NCBI GenBank assembly: GCA_049325335.1
Contig: JBMOMC010000042.1
Coordinates: 1 to 56,063 of the forward strand
Reading direction: 5' to 3'
DNA from: Nitrospirota bacterium
Lineage (GTDB): Bacteria; Nitrospirota; Nitrospiria; 2-01-FULL-66-17
Length of the DNA: 56,063 nucleotides
Positions 1-8,858 of this stretch are shown piece by piece (position 1 is the first letter of the stretch; every line of letters begins with the position of its first letter). The position numbers and the translations under genes are program-made. The notes under the pieces are model-generated. The model was not told the origin of the DNA, did not search any database, and saw only the letters and a program-made list of their open reading frames with translations.

Positions 1-25
1 CCGACTTCGCTACTGTCCGTTTCAT
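1..25 (-). CDS. 5' end of a gene running off the left edge (MKRTVAKS...), product unknown
   Basis: ATG at 25-23 preceded on the minus strand by a strong AGGAGGAG Shine-Dalgarno (31-38). Confidence 0.6.
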
Positions 26-173
26 GCGGCTCCTCCTGTGTGTGCGTTGGGGATGTCTTCGCCGACACCCACTTCACCACATCAGGAGCCGCTACTCCAA
101 TCTCAACTAAGTTTAGGACGATCTCGTGCTGAATTGCGCCCGGCCAATGAAAGCCCTAAACCGACCACGCAAC

Positions 174-680
174 TTAACGAGCATGCTTTGCCTGAGGCGC
201 CCGAGTGATAATCTCTTGCATTATCTCCCGGTTCATACGCGCGTTAAACATTACCCAAAAGTTAAAGTCACCGTTCTTGGTCTTTATAAGCATGATACCG
301 TTGGTAGGGCCCTCCCAGTCAGCACCGTGTATCTCATCCCAACGGGCTGTAACTTCTCTGAACGAAGTCCTAAATGGTATAAGATATCGCTGGTTTTGTG
401 TTAAAGTGATCCCACTAAACTTGATGCCCTCCTGATTCAGAGTCAATGACGTCCACACCGTCATCGCTCCGATAATCATAATGGGGACTATGTCTAACAG
501 GAATGTCAGCGCAGCCAGTAAGAGTGTTATCTGATCGTAGCGATGAGTTGTAAGCTGTATAAGCAAAACAACGTTCACGATAATGATCGGTACCAACCAC
601 GGCAGGTACAGCAAAAGGGCGATAGGGAGGGGAAATGCCTTATATAGCTTAACTCCGCTGTCTGCCTCAGGCTGAGGCAT
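174..680 (-). CDS. Hypothetical membrane protein (2 TM helices plus small beta-rich, PH-like C-terminal domain); candidate immunity protein
   Basis: 168-aa ORF with two hydrophobic stretches; low GC (about 37-38% in two hand-counted 60-nt lines); overlaps the 3' end of the upstream large gene by 14 nt. Confidence 0.7.
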   Translation of the reverse strand: MPQPEADSGVKLYKAFPLPIALLLYLPWLVPIIIVNVVLLIQLTTHRYDQITLLLAALTFLLDIVPIMIIGAMTVWTSLTLNQEGIKFSGITLTQNQRYLIPFRTSFREVTARWDEIHGADWEGPTNGIMLIKTKNGDFNFWVMFNARMNREIMQEIITRAPQAKHAR

Positions 681-3600
681 ATAATCGTCTCCGTCGCTGT
701 GGGTTGTTCATAGCAAACGTGAACATGTAGTCGAGTACGAGCAGTGTGACAACGACGGTGATCGATACCACAACGAGCGCTATGAATAATGGTGATAGGG
801 CTGCAAGCGGCAGGACGGGAGCAAACAAAGCGCCGGCAGGTAACATTGCTTGGAAGAAGAGCCCCCCGATGTATCCCAGGGCCAATTCAATAAGAGTCGC
901 CACCGGATTAAATCCACTGTCTCCCGTGTATGAAAATTTGAGTCCTGCTATCAACATCGTTGCGGAAATACTTAACAGCAGAGGCACGAAAAACGGTGCT
1001 CCAAGAAGAATAGTCGCAAACGCCGTGACATACAGGAGGCCCCATACCAGGCCAAGAAGCGTGTTAAACGCCACATCCGCTAACCCGCCATTACTTCCTC
1101 CGATAATGTAGGCCCCTGCTCCAGTCTGAGGATCAATCGCCACATACCCGAGCACCGCACGCCCCTTGAACACCACCATAGTCTTCGACACGGTCACAAC
1201 CTTGCCGGCATTGATCGCATCCTTGATGTCATCCAAAAATAAATCCGGAATCGCTAAGTTCGGCAGCACGCTGGCCGCGTTGAGTGAGGTGATCGTGTAA
1301 ACAGGTAGCCCTTGACTGTTGGCCAGCGAGAGCGCCTCGACGGCGGAAATGGCCTCGACCGGTGACGTTGAGGTCGACAGCAGCTGCTCGGGCACCGAGT
1401 GTTCCAGCGCCGACGCCATGGGCCCTGCCACGAGACCGAATTGCCACGTGGTGCTCGGATTCCCATCTCGCGCCTTGACCGTGTAAAACAGCCGCGGCAC
1501 ATCCATCGTCATCCCCGCCGGGCCGACGGATTTGGGGACTCCGAACAGATAGTTGGTTTTGAGGCTTAAGATAAACGCACCTTCAGACGGCAAGCGGAGG
1601 TGAACGGCGTTCATCAATTGGGCCGTCAGCTTGTCGAGCGTATCCGTTTCATAGAAATACGTCACGATGACGCTGTTCAGGAGATCGCCGATGAGGTCGT
1701 CTTTCGTGAGGCTGCCTATATCCTGTGCGTCGATCTTGGTCTTGAGGGCTTCTAATCCGGCCTGCTGATCCGTCAGCCGCTTGGTCGAGACGCCACCTGC
1801 ATTGAGGACCACCGCAAGGTAGTCGCCCGCCGTTACCGCGTGCGTGACGCGGTCGCTTCCGGTTCCAGCCGGATCAGCAAACGTGATGGTCAGCTCCTGT
1901 GGCGCGCCCATGCGAATCGCCTCACCCGTCGCCACGACCACGCCGTTGACGCGCAGTTCCGGCGTCAGGTTGATCAGATAGGCGGGAAAAGCCGCAGGGA
2001 GTTCCTCGGGCAAGATCGGACTTCCATCGGCATGCGGCCCTGGAAAGAGGGAGGCTATCACCTCCTGATCGGCCGAGGTCGCCGGCACGTAGCTGAGGGT
2101 CACGCGCTGGGCTGCCACGCTCGATAACGGACTGGTATACGACAGACTGGCACCGATCGAGAGCGGACCACCAGGCACTTCCATGGTGATCTGGTGTCGG
2201 GTCACTCCCGGCAGGTCGGCGCGCGTGGCTCCTTGGGCGGCAACCCGATACGGCAGCGTCGCGGGCAATCGCGGGAGAGTCTGTACGACGAGGTGTTTGC
2301 CGCCGATCACCTCGCCGACGGTGGCGTTCGGCATGGTGTCAGTAACGTGCGTCGTGAGCTGATCTCGGAGGGTACGCAGCGCGGTTTGAATCGCCGTGGC
2401 GTCGATATTGGTGGCGGACGACTCGGCCTCGTTGATGGTGGCCGTCGCCGTAATCTGGTCAATGAATGCCTGGGCATCAAACGGCATCGCGGTGTGAAGG
2501 TTGACCCCCTGCTGGTACGTGTATTGTTTGAAGCTGGCATCCAAGGGGATCCAGGTATCGCCCTGCTGGTGCCGCGCCCCTCGTGACGGGATGAAATCTA
2601 CGTAGGCATCCGCCCAGACGTGCTCGATAAACGCCGTGGACACTTTCCCGCCAGAGAAACTACCCATCGATACGGGCGTGCCTGCGCTCGCAATAAAGTC
2701 CAGCGCCGCCCGTTCATCGGTGAATCCACCCACCCAGTTCATTACCTGCGTCATCGGCACTTCAATCGTCCCCATCACATAGCGGGCGGCGACCCCGGAG
2801 GTTCGCAGCAGCGCGATCAGCAGCGATGCCGTATCCATGTCGTTACACTGCTTGGTGACCAGACAGGCTTGGGCGCCTTGGATGCTGCCATAGGTGGGCA
2901 CAAAGTCGATGTTGTTGCGCACCCAACTGTAGATCTTGACCGGGTTGTGCTCCAACTCCGCGGCCAAGGCCTGAATTTCCGGCGTGAATTGCACCTCAAT
3001 CGTCTGGGTTAGATCTTCGGGCTTAGGCAAGTCCGACGTCGCTTGCGCCAGCAGCAGATTGCCTGGGTCGCCGTTGTAGGCCAGCCGGATCTGGGGTTGG
3101 AATTCGGCGAATTCCTCTTTTTTGAGCCGCGGCTTGCGCTCTTGGGGCTTGGGGGTCCGGTGCGGCAGGTTGTTGGGATCTAGGGGTTGATGCGGTGGCT
3201 CTTTGACGTTGACTTTGAGGAAGTCGTCGAATGCAGAAAGTTTCGACTCCAGATCGCGCTCCGTGGCTTGAGCCGAGGTCTCGTTGCCGCGCTCGGTGGC
3301 CGAGACGTAGGCTTGGTGGGCTTGGTCGACTTGCGCCAAGTATCCCTTGAGCTGATTAAAGTTTTTCTCGTAGTCGCTGACCGCGGCGTCGTGCCGATCC
3401 AAAATCTCCTGCGGCAGCCCTTTCTCTTTCAAGAACGCTTCGGTCTGATCAAACTCCTTGCGAATCGCCCGGTCGGCCACAAGCACACTGTCGCGCTGAC
3501 TAAACGCCCGCTCCCACAACTGCGCCCGCCGCCGTTCCGGCGTGGCTTCTTTCGCCAGGGCTTGCACCCGCATTTGCAGCGTCGCAAGTCCTTTATCCAG

Positions 3601-4233
3601 GTCCATGCCGGCCGCCAGAAACGCCTGGTGCTCCTGCGCCTCGAACCCGCGCTGCTGGTCCGCCCGCTGCGTCATCGCAGAGAGCGTCGCATCGAACGCC
3701 TTCAGCAGACTGCTCACCGCCTCTTTAGCCTGCTTCTGATCCTTGGCGAGACCGGTCGGCAGGGCCATGCCACGCAGCAGCCCCTCGATACCCGAAGCGT
3801 TCAATCGGACCTGGCCGACCGCGGCCTTCACCGTCTGTTGTTGGGATTGAAGGGCCTTGAGCGCGTCTTGGCTTGGTGCACCGTGCTCGACGGCCCGCGC
3901 CAAGCGATCGACGGCTCGCCGACTCGCTTCCAGCTCGTGGCTACCCTGGGCTACCGCCTGCTCCAGGCTCTTGAGCAGACCGGCAAGCTGGGCTTGGAAG
4001 GCGTCCCCGTCCCGCGCCGCGCGAACCTGTTCCTTGATCGCCCTGAGGGTGGTTTCAAAAACTTCCGGAGCGGTAGGCGCCTTCTGTTGAGATGCGGACG
4101 CGGGGGTGACGCGTGGGACAGGGGCGTCCTGCGCCGCAAGGGCGTAGTTCCACGGCTCGATTGAAAACCAACTGAAAAAGACCAACACCACCGCCGCGAT
4201 GGGCCGAAGACGGCGCGCAAACAAGGGGTGCAT
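667..4233 (-). CDS. Large secreted transglutaminase-like domain protein with N-terminal coiled coil and hydrophobic C-terminal tip; candidate polymorphic toxin
   Basis: 1188 aa; Sec-type signal peptide; TGase-like core (IYSWVRNNI..DTASLLIALLRTSGVAARYVMG..HVWADAY..WIPLDASFK); GAGAYIIGGSNGG followed by about 138 aa of hydrophobic, lower-GC sequence. Confidence 0.8.
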   Translation of the reverse strand: MHPLFARRLRPIAAVVLVFFSWFSIEPWNYALAAQDAPVPRVTPASASQQKAPTAPEVFETTLRAIKEQVRAARDGDAFQAQLAGLLKSLEQAVAQGSHELEASRRAVDRLARAVEHGAPSQDALKALQSQQQTVKAAVGQVRLNASGIEGLLRGMALPTGLAKDQKQAKEAVSSLLKAFDATLSAMTQRADQQRGFEAQEHQAFLAAGMDLDKGLATLQMRVQALAKEATPERRRAQLWERAFSQRDSVLVADRAIRKEFDQTEAFLKEKGLPQEILDRHDAAVSDYEKNFNQLKGYLAQVDQAHQAYVSATERGNETSAQATERDLESKLSAFDDFLKVNVKEPPHQPLDPNNLPHRTPKPQERKPRLKKEEFAEFQPQIRLAYNGDPGNLLLAQATSDLPKPEDLTQTIEVQFTPEIQALAAELEHNPVKIYSWVRNNIDFVPTYGSIQGAQACLVTKQCNDMDTASLLIALLRTSGVAARYVMGTIEVPMTQVMNWVGGFTDERAALDFIASAGTPVSMGSFSGGKVSTAFIEHVWADAYVDFIPSRGARHQQGDTWIPLDASFKQYTYQQGVNLHTAMPFDAQAFIDQITATATINEAESSATNIDATAIQTALRTLRDQLTTHVTDTMPNATVGEVIGGKHLVVQTLPRLPATLPYRVAAQGATRADLPGVTRHQITMEVPGGPLSIGASLSYTSPLSSVAAQRVTLSYVPATSADQEVIASLFPGPHADGSPILPEELPAAFPAYLINLTPELRVNGVVVATGEAIRMGAPQELTITFADPAGTGSDRVTHAVTAGDYLAVVLNAGGVSTKRLTDQQAGLEALKTKIDAQDIGSLTKDDLIGDLLNSVIVTYFYETDTLDKLTAQLMNAVHLRLPSEGAFILSLKTNYLFGVPKSVGPAGMTMDVPRLFYTVKARDGNPSTTWQFGLVAGPMASALEHSVPEQLLSTSTSPVEAISAVEALSLANSQGLPVYTITSLNAASVLPNLAIPDLFLDDIKDAINAGKVVTVSKTMVVFKGRAVLGYVAIDPQTGAGAYIIGGSNGGLADVAFNTLLGLVWGLLYVTAFATILLGAPFFVPLLLSISATMLIAGLKFSYTGDSGFNPVATLIELALGYIGGLFFQAMLPAGALFAPVLPLAALSPLFIALVVVSITVVVTLLVLDYMFTFAMNNPQRRRRLYASA

Positions 4234-4259
4234 GGGAACGCCCCGGACGAGTAGGCGCG

Positions 4260-4288
4260 ACTATAGATACCTTACCGGAGAATGTCAA
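4260..4288 (-). promoter_or_regulatory. sigma70-type promoter for the transglutaminase-like gene
   Basis: TTGACA-17 nt-TATAGT on the minus strand, 26 nt upstream of the ATG at 4233. Confidence 0.8.
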
Positions 4289-4313
4289 TCAGGAGTTTCA
4301 CACGGCCACCGTC

Positions 4314-4329
4314 TCGACAAAGTTGTCGA
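4314..4329. promoter_or_regulatory. Palindromic putative operator TCGACAA-AG-TTGTCGA
   Basis: Perfect 7-2-7 inverted repeat 25 nt upstream of the -35 box. Confidence 0.45.
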
Positions 4330-4421
4330 TCGATACGCCGGCGGTCCGACTCCCCGCCCACTCACCCCCGCACATTCAGCGCGATCCCATCACCCGCAGC
4401 GTGACGGCCGCGCGCGGCGGC

Positions 4422-6062
4422 TTATCGATGGCTACGGGTTCGACCGCGGCGAGCGCGTGGCTTGGCCGCGGGTGCGTCCCGCCACACGGCGAGAATATCC
4501 TGCGTGGTTACGGGCTCGACCGTCACGGAACCGATCGCTCGCGGCAACACGAAGTGGACTTGCCCGTCACGCACTTTCTTGTCCAGCCGCATCGTGTCCA
4601 TCGCGCGGTGCGGCGCGATCTTCGGGGGGCTCGCGGGGAGGCCGAACCGCTCCAACAACGTGCGTTGGCGTCGCACGAACGTCTCGTCGCACCGGCCGAG
4701 CCTCGCGGCCAATCGGGCCGCGAAGTCCATGCCCATCGCCACCCCCTCGCCGTGCCGGACCGCTGAATAACCGGTCAAGGTTTCGATGACGTGCCCCGCG
4801 GTGTGGCCGTAATTGAGAATGCGCCGCAGGCCCGACTCGCGTTCATCTTGCCGCACCACATCGGCCTTGACCGCGGCCGAGCGACGAACCATCTCCACCA
4901 ACACGTCCGGCGCGCCGCCCACGATGGCGTCCACATGGTCTTCGAGGTACGCAAACAGCGCGGCGTCTGCGATCACCCCGTACTTGACCACCTCGGCCAA
5001 CCCCGCGATGAATTCGCGCCGCGGCAAGGTGCCCAGCGTCGAGACATCGGCGTCAACCATGATCGGATGATGGAACGCGCCGATCAAGTTTTTCCCGTGT
5101 CGATGATCCACGCCGGTTTTGCCCCCGATACTGGAGTCCACCTGGGCCACCACCGTCGTAGGAACTTGCACGTAGTGCACGCCGCGTACATACGTGGCCG
5201 CGACAAACCCCGCAAGGTCTCCGATCACGCCGCCGCCCAGGGCCAGAACCAGGTCGCCGCGTTCAAATCGCCTGCGTACCAATTCATCGTAGAGGCGTCC
5301 GGCGGTTCGGAGCGTCTTATATCGTTCCCCGTCCGGAATCCGCGCGACGAACGGACGGAAACCCGAGGCCCGCAGACTGGTCGTCACGCGATCCGTGTAT
5401 AGGCGACCGACCAAGGGATTGGTCACCACGGCCACCCCGCACGCGCGGTGGCGTCCGCGCAGGCGCTCGCCGATGCACCCGAGCGTCCCCCACCCGATGT
5501 TCACGTCGTATTGGATCGCCCCGGCGGAAACCGACACCAGGGTTGACGCCGGTTGGAGTCTCGCCACGATCGCGGACGTCACATCCTCGACGCTCCGGCC
5601 CGAGGTCTCCACGTGCATCAGGGCTTCGCGGTAATACGGCTCGCGTTGCGCCAGAAGTCGGCGCAACGTGTCGACCGACCGGCCGGTTGCCAGCAACGGT
5701 CGGTCGCCGTTGCCTTGTAATCGGTCGGCCGCCGCTTCGGGCGAGGCTTGCAGCCAGATCGTTATCCCCGCGCGCTTGAGACGCGCGCGGGTCGACGGAT
5801 CGAGAACTGAGCCGCCTCCGGTGGCGATGACTTGCCGCCGTCCGGCGAGGGCGGCGGCAACGGCGCGCCGCTCAAGGGACCGGAACTTGGGCTCACCGTC
5901 TTCTTTGAAGATCTGCGCGATGGACCGGCGGGCGGCGCGCTCAACCAGGACGTCGGTGTCCACGAAGGATAGGCCCAACCGCTCGGCCAATCGACGCCCG
6001 ACCGTGGACTTGCCCGAGCCCATGGCCCCAAGCAAGACCACGTTCTCTCCAGGGCCGTTCAC
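4422..6062 (-). CDS. aroKB: Bifunctional shikimate kinase / 3-dehydroquinate synthase (AroK-AroB fusion)
   Basis: N-terminal GAMGSGKS P-loop, GGG and RPLL motifs; C-terminal GGGVIGDLAGF, QVDSSIGGKTG, LNYGHT, HGEGV motifs in one ORF. Confidence 0.93.
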   Translation of the reverse strand: MNGPGENVVLLGAMGSGKSTVGRRLAERLGLSFVDTDVLVERAARRSIAQIFKEDGEPKFRSLERRAVAAALAGRRQVIATGGGSVLDPSTRARLKRAGITIWLQASPEAAADRLQGNGDRPLLATGRSVDTLRRLLAQREPYYREALMHVETSGRSVEDVTSAIVARLQPASTLVSVSAGAIQYDVNIGWGTLGCIGERLRGRHRACGVAVVTNPLVGRLYTDRVTTSLRASGFRPFVARIPDGERYKTLRTAGRLYDELVRRRFERGDLVLALGGGVIGDLAGFVAATYVRGVHYVQVPTTVVAQVDSSIGGKTGVDHRHGKNLIGAFHHPIMVDADVSTLGTLPRREFIAGLAEVVKYGVIADAALFAYLEDHVDAIVGGAPDVLVEMVRRSAAVKADVVRQDERESGLRRILNYGHTAGHVIETLTGYSAVRHGEGVAMGMDFAARLAARLGRCDETFVRRQRTLLERFGLPASPPKIAPHRAMDTMRLDKKVRDGQVHFVLPRAIGSVTVEPVTTQDILAVWRDAPAAKPRARRGRTRSHR

Positions 6063-6069
6063 CCCCGGA

Positions 6070-8325
6070 TTATACGCCCTTGACGATCGTCGGCGTAATA
6101 AAAATCAACAGCTCTTGGTTGCTGGTCGACGTGCTCTCGCGCTTAAACAACCACCCGATCAAGGGGATCCGATGAATCCACGGCACCCCGCTGAGCGACT
6201 CCGTCTTAGTTGTCTCAAAAATCCCGCCGATCACCGTGGTCTCTCCGTCTTGAACCATCACCTCGGTGGAGGCCTCGCGCTTGCTGATGCTCGGCGCGCC
6301 GGTTCGTGAACTGGCGAAGCTTCCGATGGCGTTCTTCGTCGCTTTGATCTTCATGATCACGCTGCCGTTCGGCGTGATGTGCGGCGTGACGGTCAGGTTC
6401 AGGGTGGCGTCGACGAACTGGGTCTGCGTCCCTTTGTCGGACACGGTTTCGTAGGGGATGGAGTCGCCCTGTTGAATGACCGCTTCCTTATTGTCGATCG
6501 TGACGACCCGAGGACTGGAGATAATCTTGGTTTCTCCCAACGCTTCCCCCGCGGATAACCTGAGGTCGAGATTTAACGCCCCGGAAAGCCGCCCGAACTG
6601 CACCCCGACGTTCCCAATGGGTCCGGCGCCGCCGGATGCCGGGAGGTTCACGGCAAACGTCGGCGTCTGTGAATTAAAATCTCCGACCGCGCCGGCATTA
6701 ATGTTCAAGAGGTTGGAGCCCGGCGTGTCCGAATACGCGGCCCCCCACTGGACCCCGAGGTCCCGCGCAAAGTTGGTGTTGGCCTGCACGATCCTGGTCT
6801 CGATCAACACCTGCGGTTTGGCCAGATCCAGCAACGCGATGAGTTGCTGGATCTCGTTGATGTTCTTTTCCACGTCTTTTGCGATCAGGCTGTTGGTGGG
6901 TTCATTCACCGTGAGTTCGCCGCGCGCACTGAGGTTCTTCTTGAGCGTTGTCGCCAGGTCCGCGGCTTTGGCGTAGTTGATGGGAATAATCGCGGTCTTG
7001 AGATCTTCGGCTTTGACCTGCGCCTCCTTCGCCTTTAAGGCTTCGTCTTGCTGCTTAGCGATACTGGCGTTGGAATCGATCCGCATAATGTTCCCTTCGC
7101 GGACCTGGCCGAAACCTTTCGACTTCAAAATGATGTCGAGCGCTTGATCCCACGGCACGTTGAACAATTTGAGCGTGATTTTCCCCTTAACCTCGTCACC
7201 AACCACCATATTCAGATCGCTGACATCGGCGATCAACCGCAAGACATTCGCGATTTCCGCGTCCTGAAAGTCCAAAGAAATCTTTTGCCCACTAAAACCG
7301 GTTCCGCCTATGGTCTGCGGACCCGTTGCTTCGACCGCAGCCTGCGCCACAGGCGCGGAGGGCTCGACTGGTTGCGGCGCGGCGGGTTCGGCGGCCGGGA
7401 CCGCGACCGGCGCCATGGGTGGAGGGGCGGCCGATGCTGGCGGCCCAACCGGTTCCAGTTCGACCGGGGCCGGGGGCACGGCCGGCGACGGGCCGGCGGT
7501 GACGCTCGCCAGGCGGACGCTGATCCCGGCATCACGCGGCGTGACCGTATACGTCACGGCCTTTTTGAGATCCAGCACCACCCGCACTTTTTGCGGGTCG
7601 CGGTGTTGACCGACACGCGCCTGCGTGACCAACGTGTTGGGTTGCGCCTTGACGACCGACGGCTTCACGCCGCTCTCAACCCCGGGGAGGTCAATCACCA
7701 ATCGCGTGGCGCCGATCGCAAACACGTTGGGAGCCGTCAGCGCGCCATCGGCTTCGATCGCCACGTCCACGAACGTTTTCTGCGGCGCGATCCGAATGGC
7801 GTTGATCCGTGAAGCCGCCGCGGTCGGAGACGTAGGTGCCGCGTCCGCCGCCGTCGGTGGCGAGATCTCTTCGACCACGGACGGCACGGCCGACGGTTCC
7901 GCAGGAACGGCTTTGACAAAGTCCACGGTCAGCACCGTGCCAGCCTCATCACGCGCAATCTGGTAGTCGGCCGGTCGGGACAATCCGATGCTCAGACGGG
8001 CGATCCGTTGATCGTCTCCGGACTGCGCCGCAAGGATTTCCGTGACCGGATCAATCCCGACTTGGCGCTGCGCGGTCAGCGTGCCGACCACCGTCTCGGA
8101 TAGGTCCAGGATCAACTGCATCGGCTCATCGAGCCGAAACGCCGTGTAATTCAACGGACCGTCTCCCGTCAACACCAGGCGCGTGACATCCGACAACTCT
8201 TCGACCCGGAGGTCGGTCAACGCGGTGACCGGCTCCGAAGCCGGCGCCACCACTTGCGTGTTGGGGACCGCGCACCCCGCCAACGCGACGATGCACAGGT
8301 GGATGAAGAACGACTTCGACTTCAT
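6070..8325 (-). CDS. pilQ: Type IV pilus secretin PilQ
   Basis: Lipobox LAGC, two AMIN-like domains, ISLDFQDA / VPWDQALD N0 domain and secretin C-terminus (ELLIFITP). Confidence 0.96.
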   Translation of the reverse strand: MKSKSFFIHLCIVALAGCAVPNTQVVAPASEPVTALTDLRVEELSDVTRLVLTGDGPLNYTAFRLDEPMQLILDLSETVVGTLTAQRQVGIDPVTEILAAQSGDDQRIARLSIGLSRPADYQIARDEAGTVLTVDFVKAVPAEPSAVPSVVEEISPPTAADAAPTSPTAAASRINAIRIAPQKTFVDVAIEADGALTAPNVFAIGATRLVIDLPGVESGVKPSVVKAQPNTLVTQARVGQHRDPQKVRVVLDLKKAVTYTVTPRDAGISVRLASVTAGPSPAVPPAPVELEPVGPPASAAPPPMAPVAVPAAEPAAPQPVEPSAPVAQAAVEATGPQTIGGTGFSGQKISLDFQDAEIANVLRLIADVSDLNMVVGDEVKGKITLKLFNVPWDQALDIILKSKGFGQVREGNIMRIDSNASIAKQQDEALKAKEAQVKAEDLKTAIIPINYAKAADLATTLKKNLSARGELTVNEPTNSLIAKDVEKNINEIQQLIALLDLAKPQVLIETRIVQANTNFARDLGVQWGAAYSDTPGSNLLNINAGAVGDFNSQTPTFAVNLPASGGAGPIGNVGVQFGRLSGALNLDLRLSAGEALGETKIISSPRVVTIDNKEAVIQQGDSIPYETVSDKGTQTQFVDATLNLTVTPHITPNGSVIMKIKATKNAIGSFASSRTGAPSISKREASTEVMVQDGETTVIGGIFETTKTESLSGVPWIHRIPLIGWLFKRESTSTSNQELLIFITPTIVKGV

Positions 8326-8858
8326 TCCAAGCCCTCCTCGCGAGTCCGCAGCGCCAACACGATGTCCCGTGATCGTGTCTCTCCGAAGAAATCAACGTAC
8401 TGTTCCACCACGGTCAGATCCTTTGCGGTAATGCGCTTCACCACGCCCCGGTTCGGGCCCACCCTCGTGCCGACCCGCACCGCATACCCTTTGCCGTCTG
8501 GGATTTCCACCATCCCGTAGGTGCCCAATTCCCCCCATACCACTGCGACATACTTGAGCTCGGAGACTTCATGTCGCTGAAGCGGCGGCAACATCTCCAA
8601 ATTTTTTTTCCCTTCGCCCACCACGATGAGCGACTTAAACGGATCTCGGCGGCCGGAGGGGTTGTACGACACGGTTTCGGGTTGTGACGCCGCCACGGCC
8701 GTTTCACCGGGCGACGTGGCCGCCCCCGGAGCGGCCTTCACCGCGGCGGGGGGAGCGGACGCGGTCGGGCTCGCGGCGGGAGTTACCGTCGCGGATTGCG
8801 AACAGGCCCCAAGAACCGCCAGACCAACCAGCCCACCTATCAAGATCGCCCTATCCAC
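8322..8858 (-). CDS. pilP: Type IV pilus lipoprotein PilP
   Basis: YNPSGRRDPF motif; start moved to GTG 8858, which overlaps the pilO stop and gives a lipoprotein signal (MDRAILIGG..LGAC). Confidence 0.9.
   Translation of the reverse strand: MDRAILIGGLVGLAVLGACSQSATVTPAASPTASAPPAAVKAAPGAATSPGETAVAASQPETVSYNPSGRRDPFKSLIVVGEGKKNLEMLPPLQRHEVSELKYVAVVWGELGTYGMVEIPDGKGYAVRVGTRVGPNRGVVKRITAKDLTVVEQYVDFFGETRSRDIVLALRTREEGLE

Noticed and set aside
26..173. Possible sigma54 promoter or element end in the left intergenic region
   Set aside because: No correctly spaced GG-N10-GC motif and no terminal inverted repeat found by eye
3187..4164. 325-aa plus-strand ORF inside the toxin-like gene
   Set aside because: Antisense shadow of the coiled-coil region; no recognisable features
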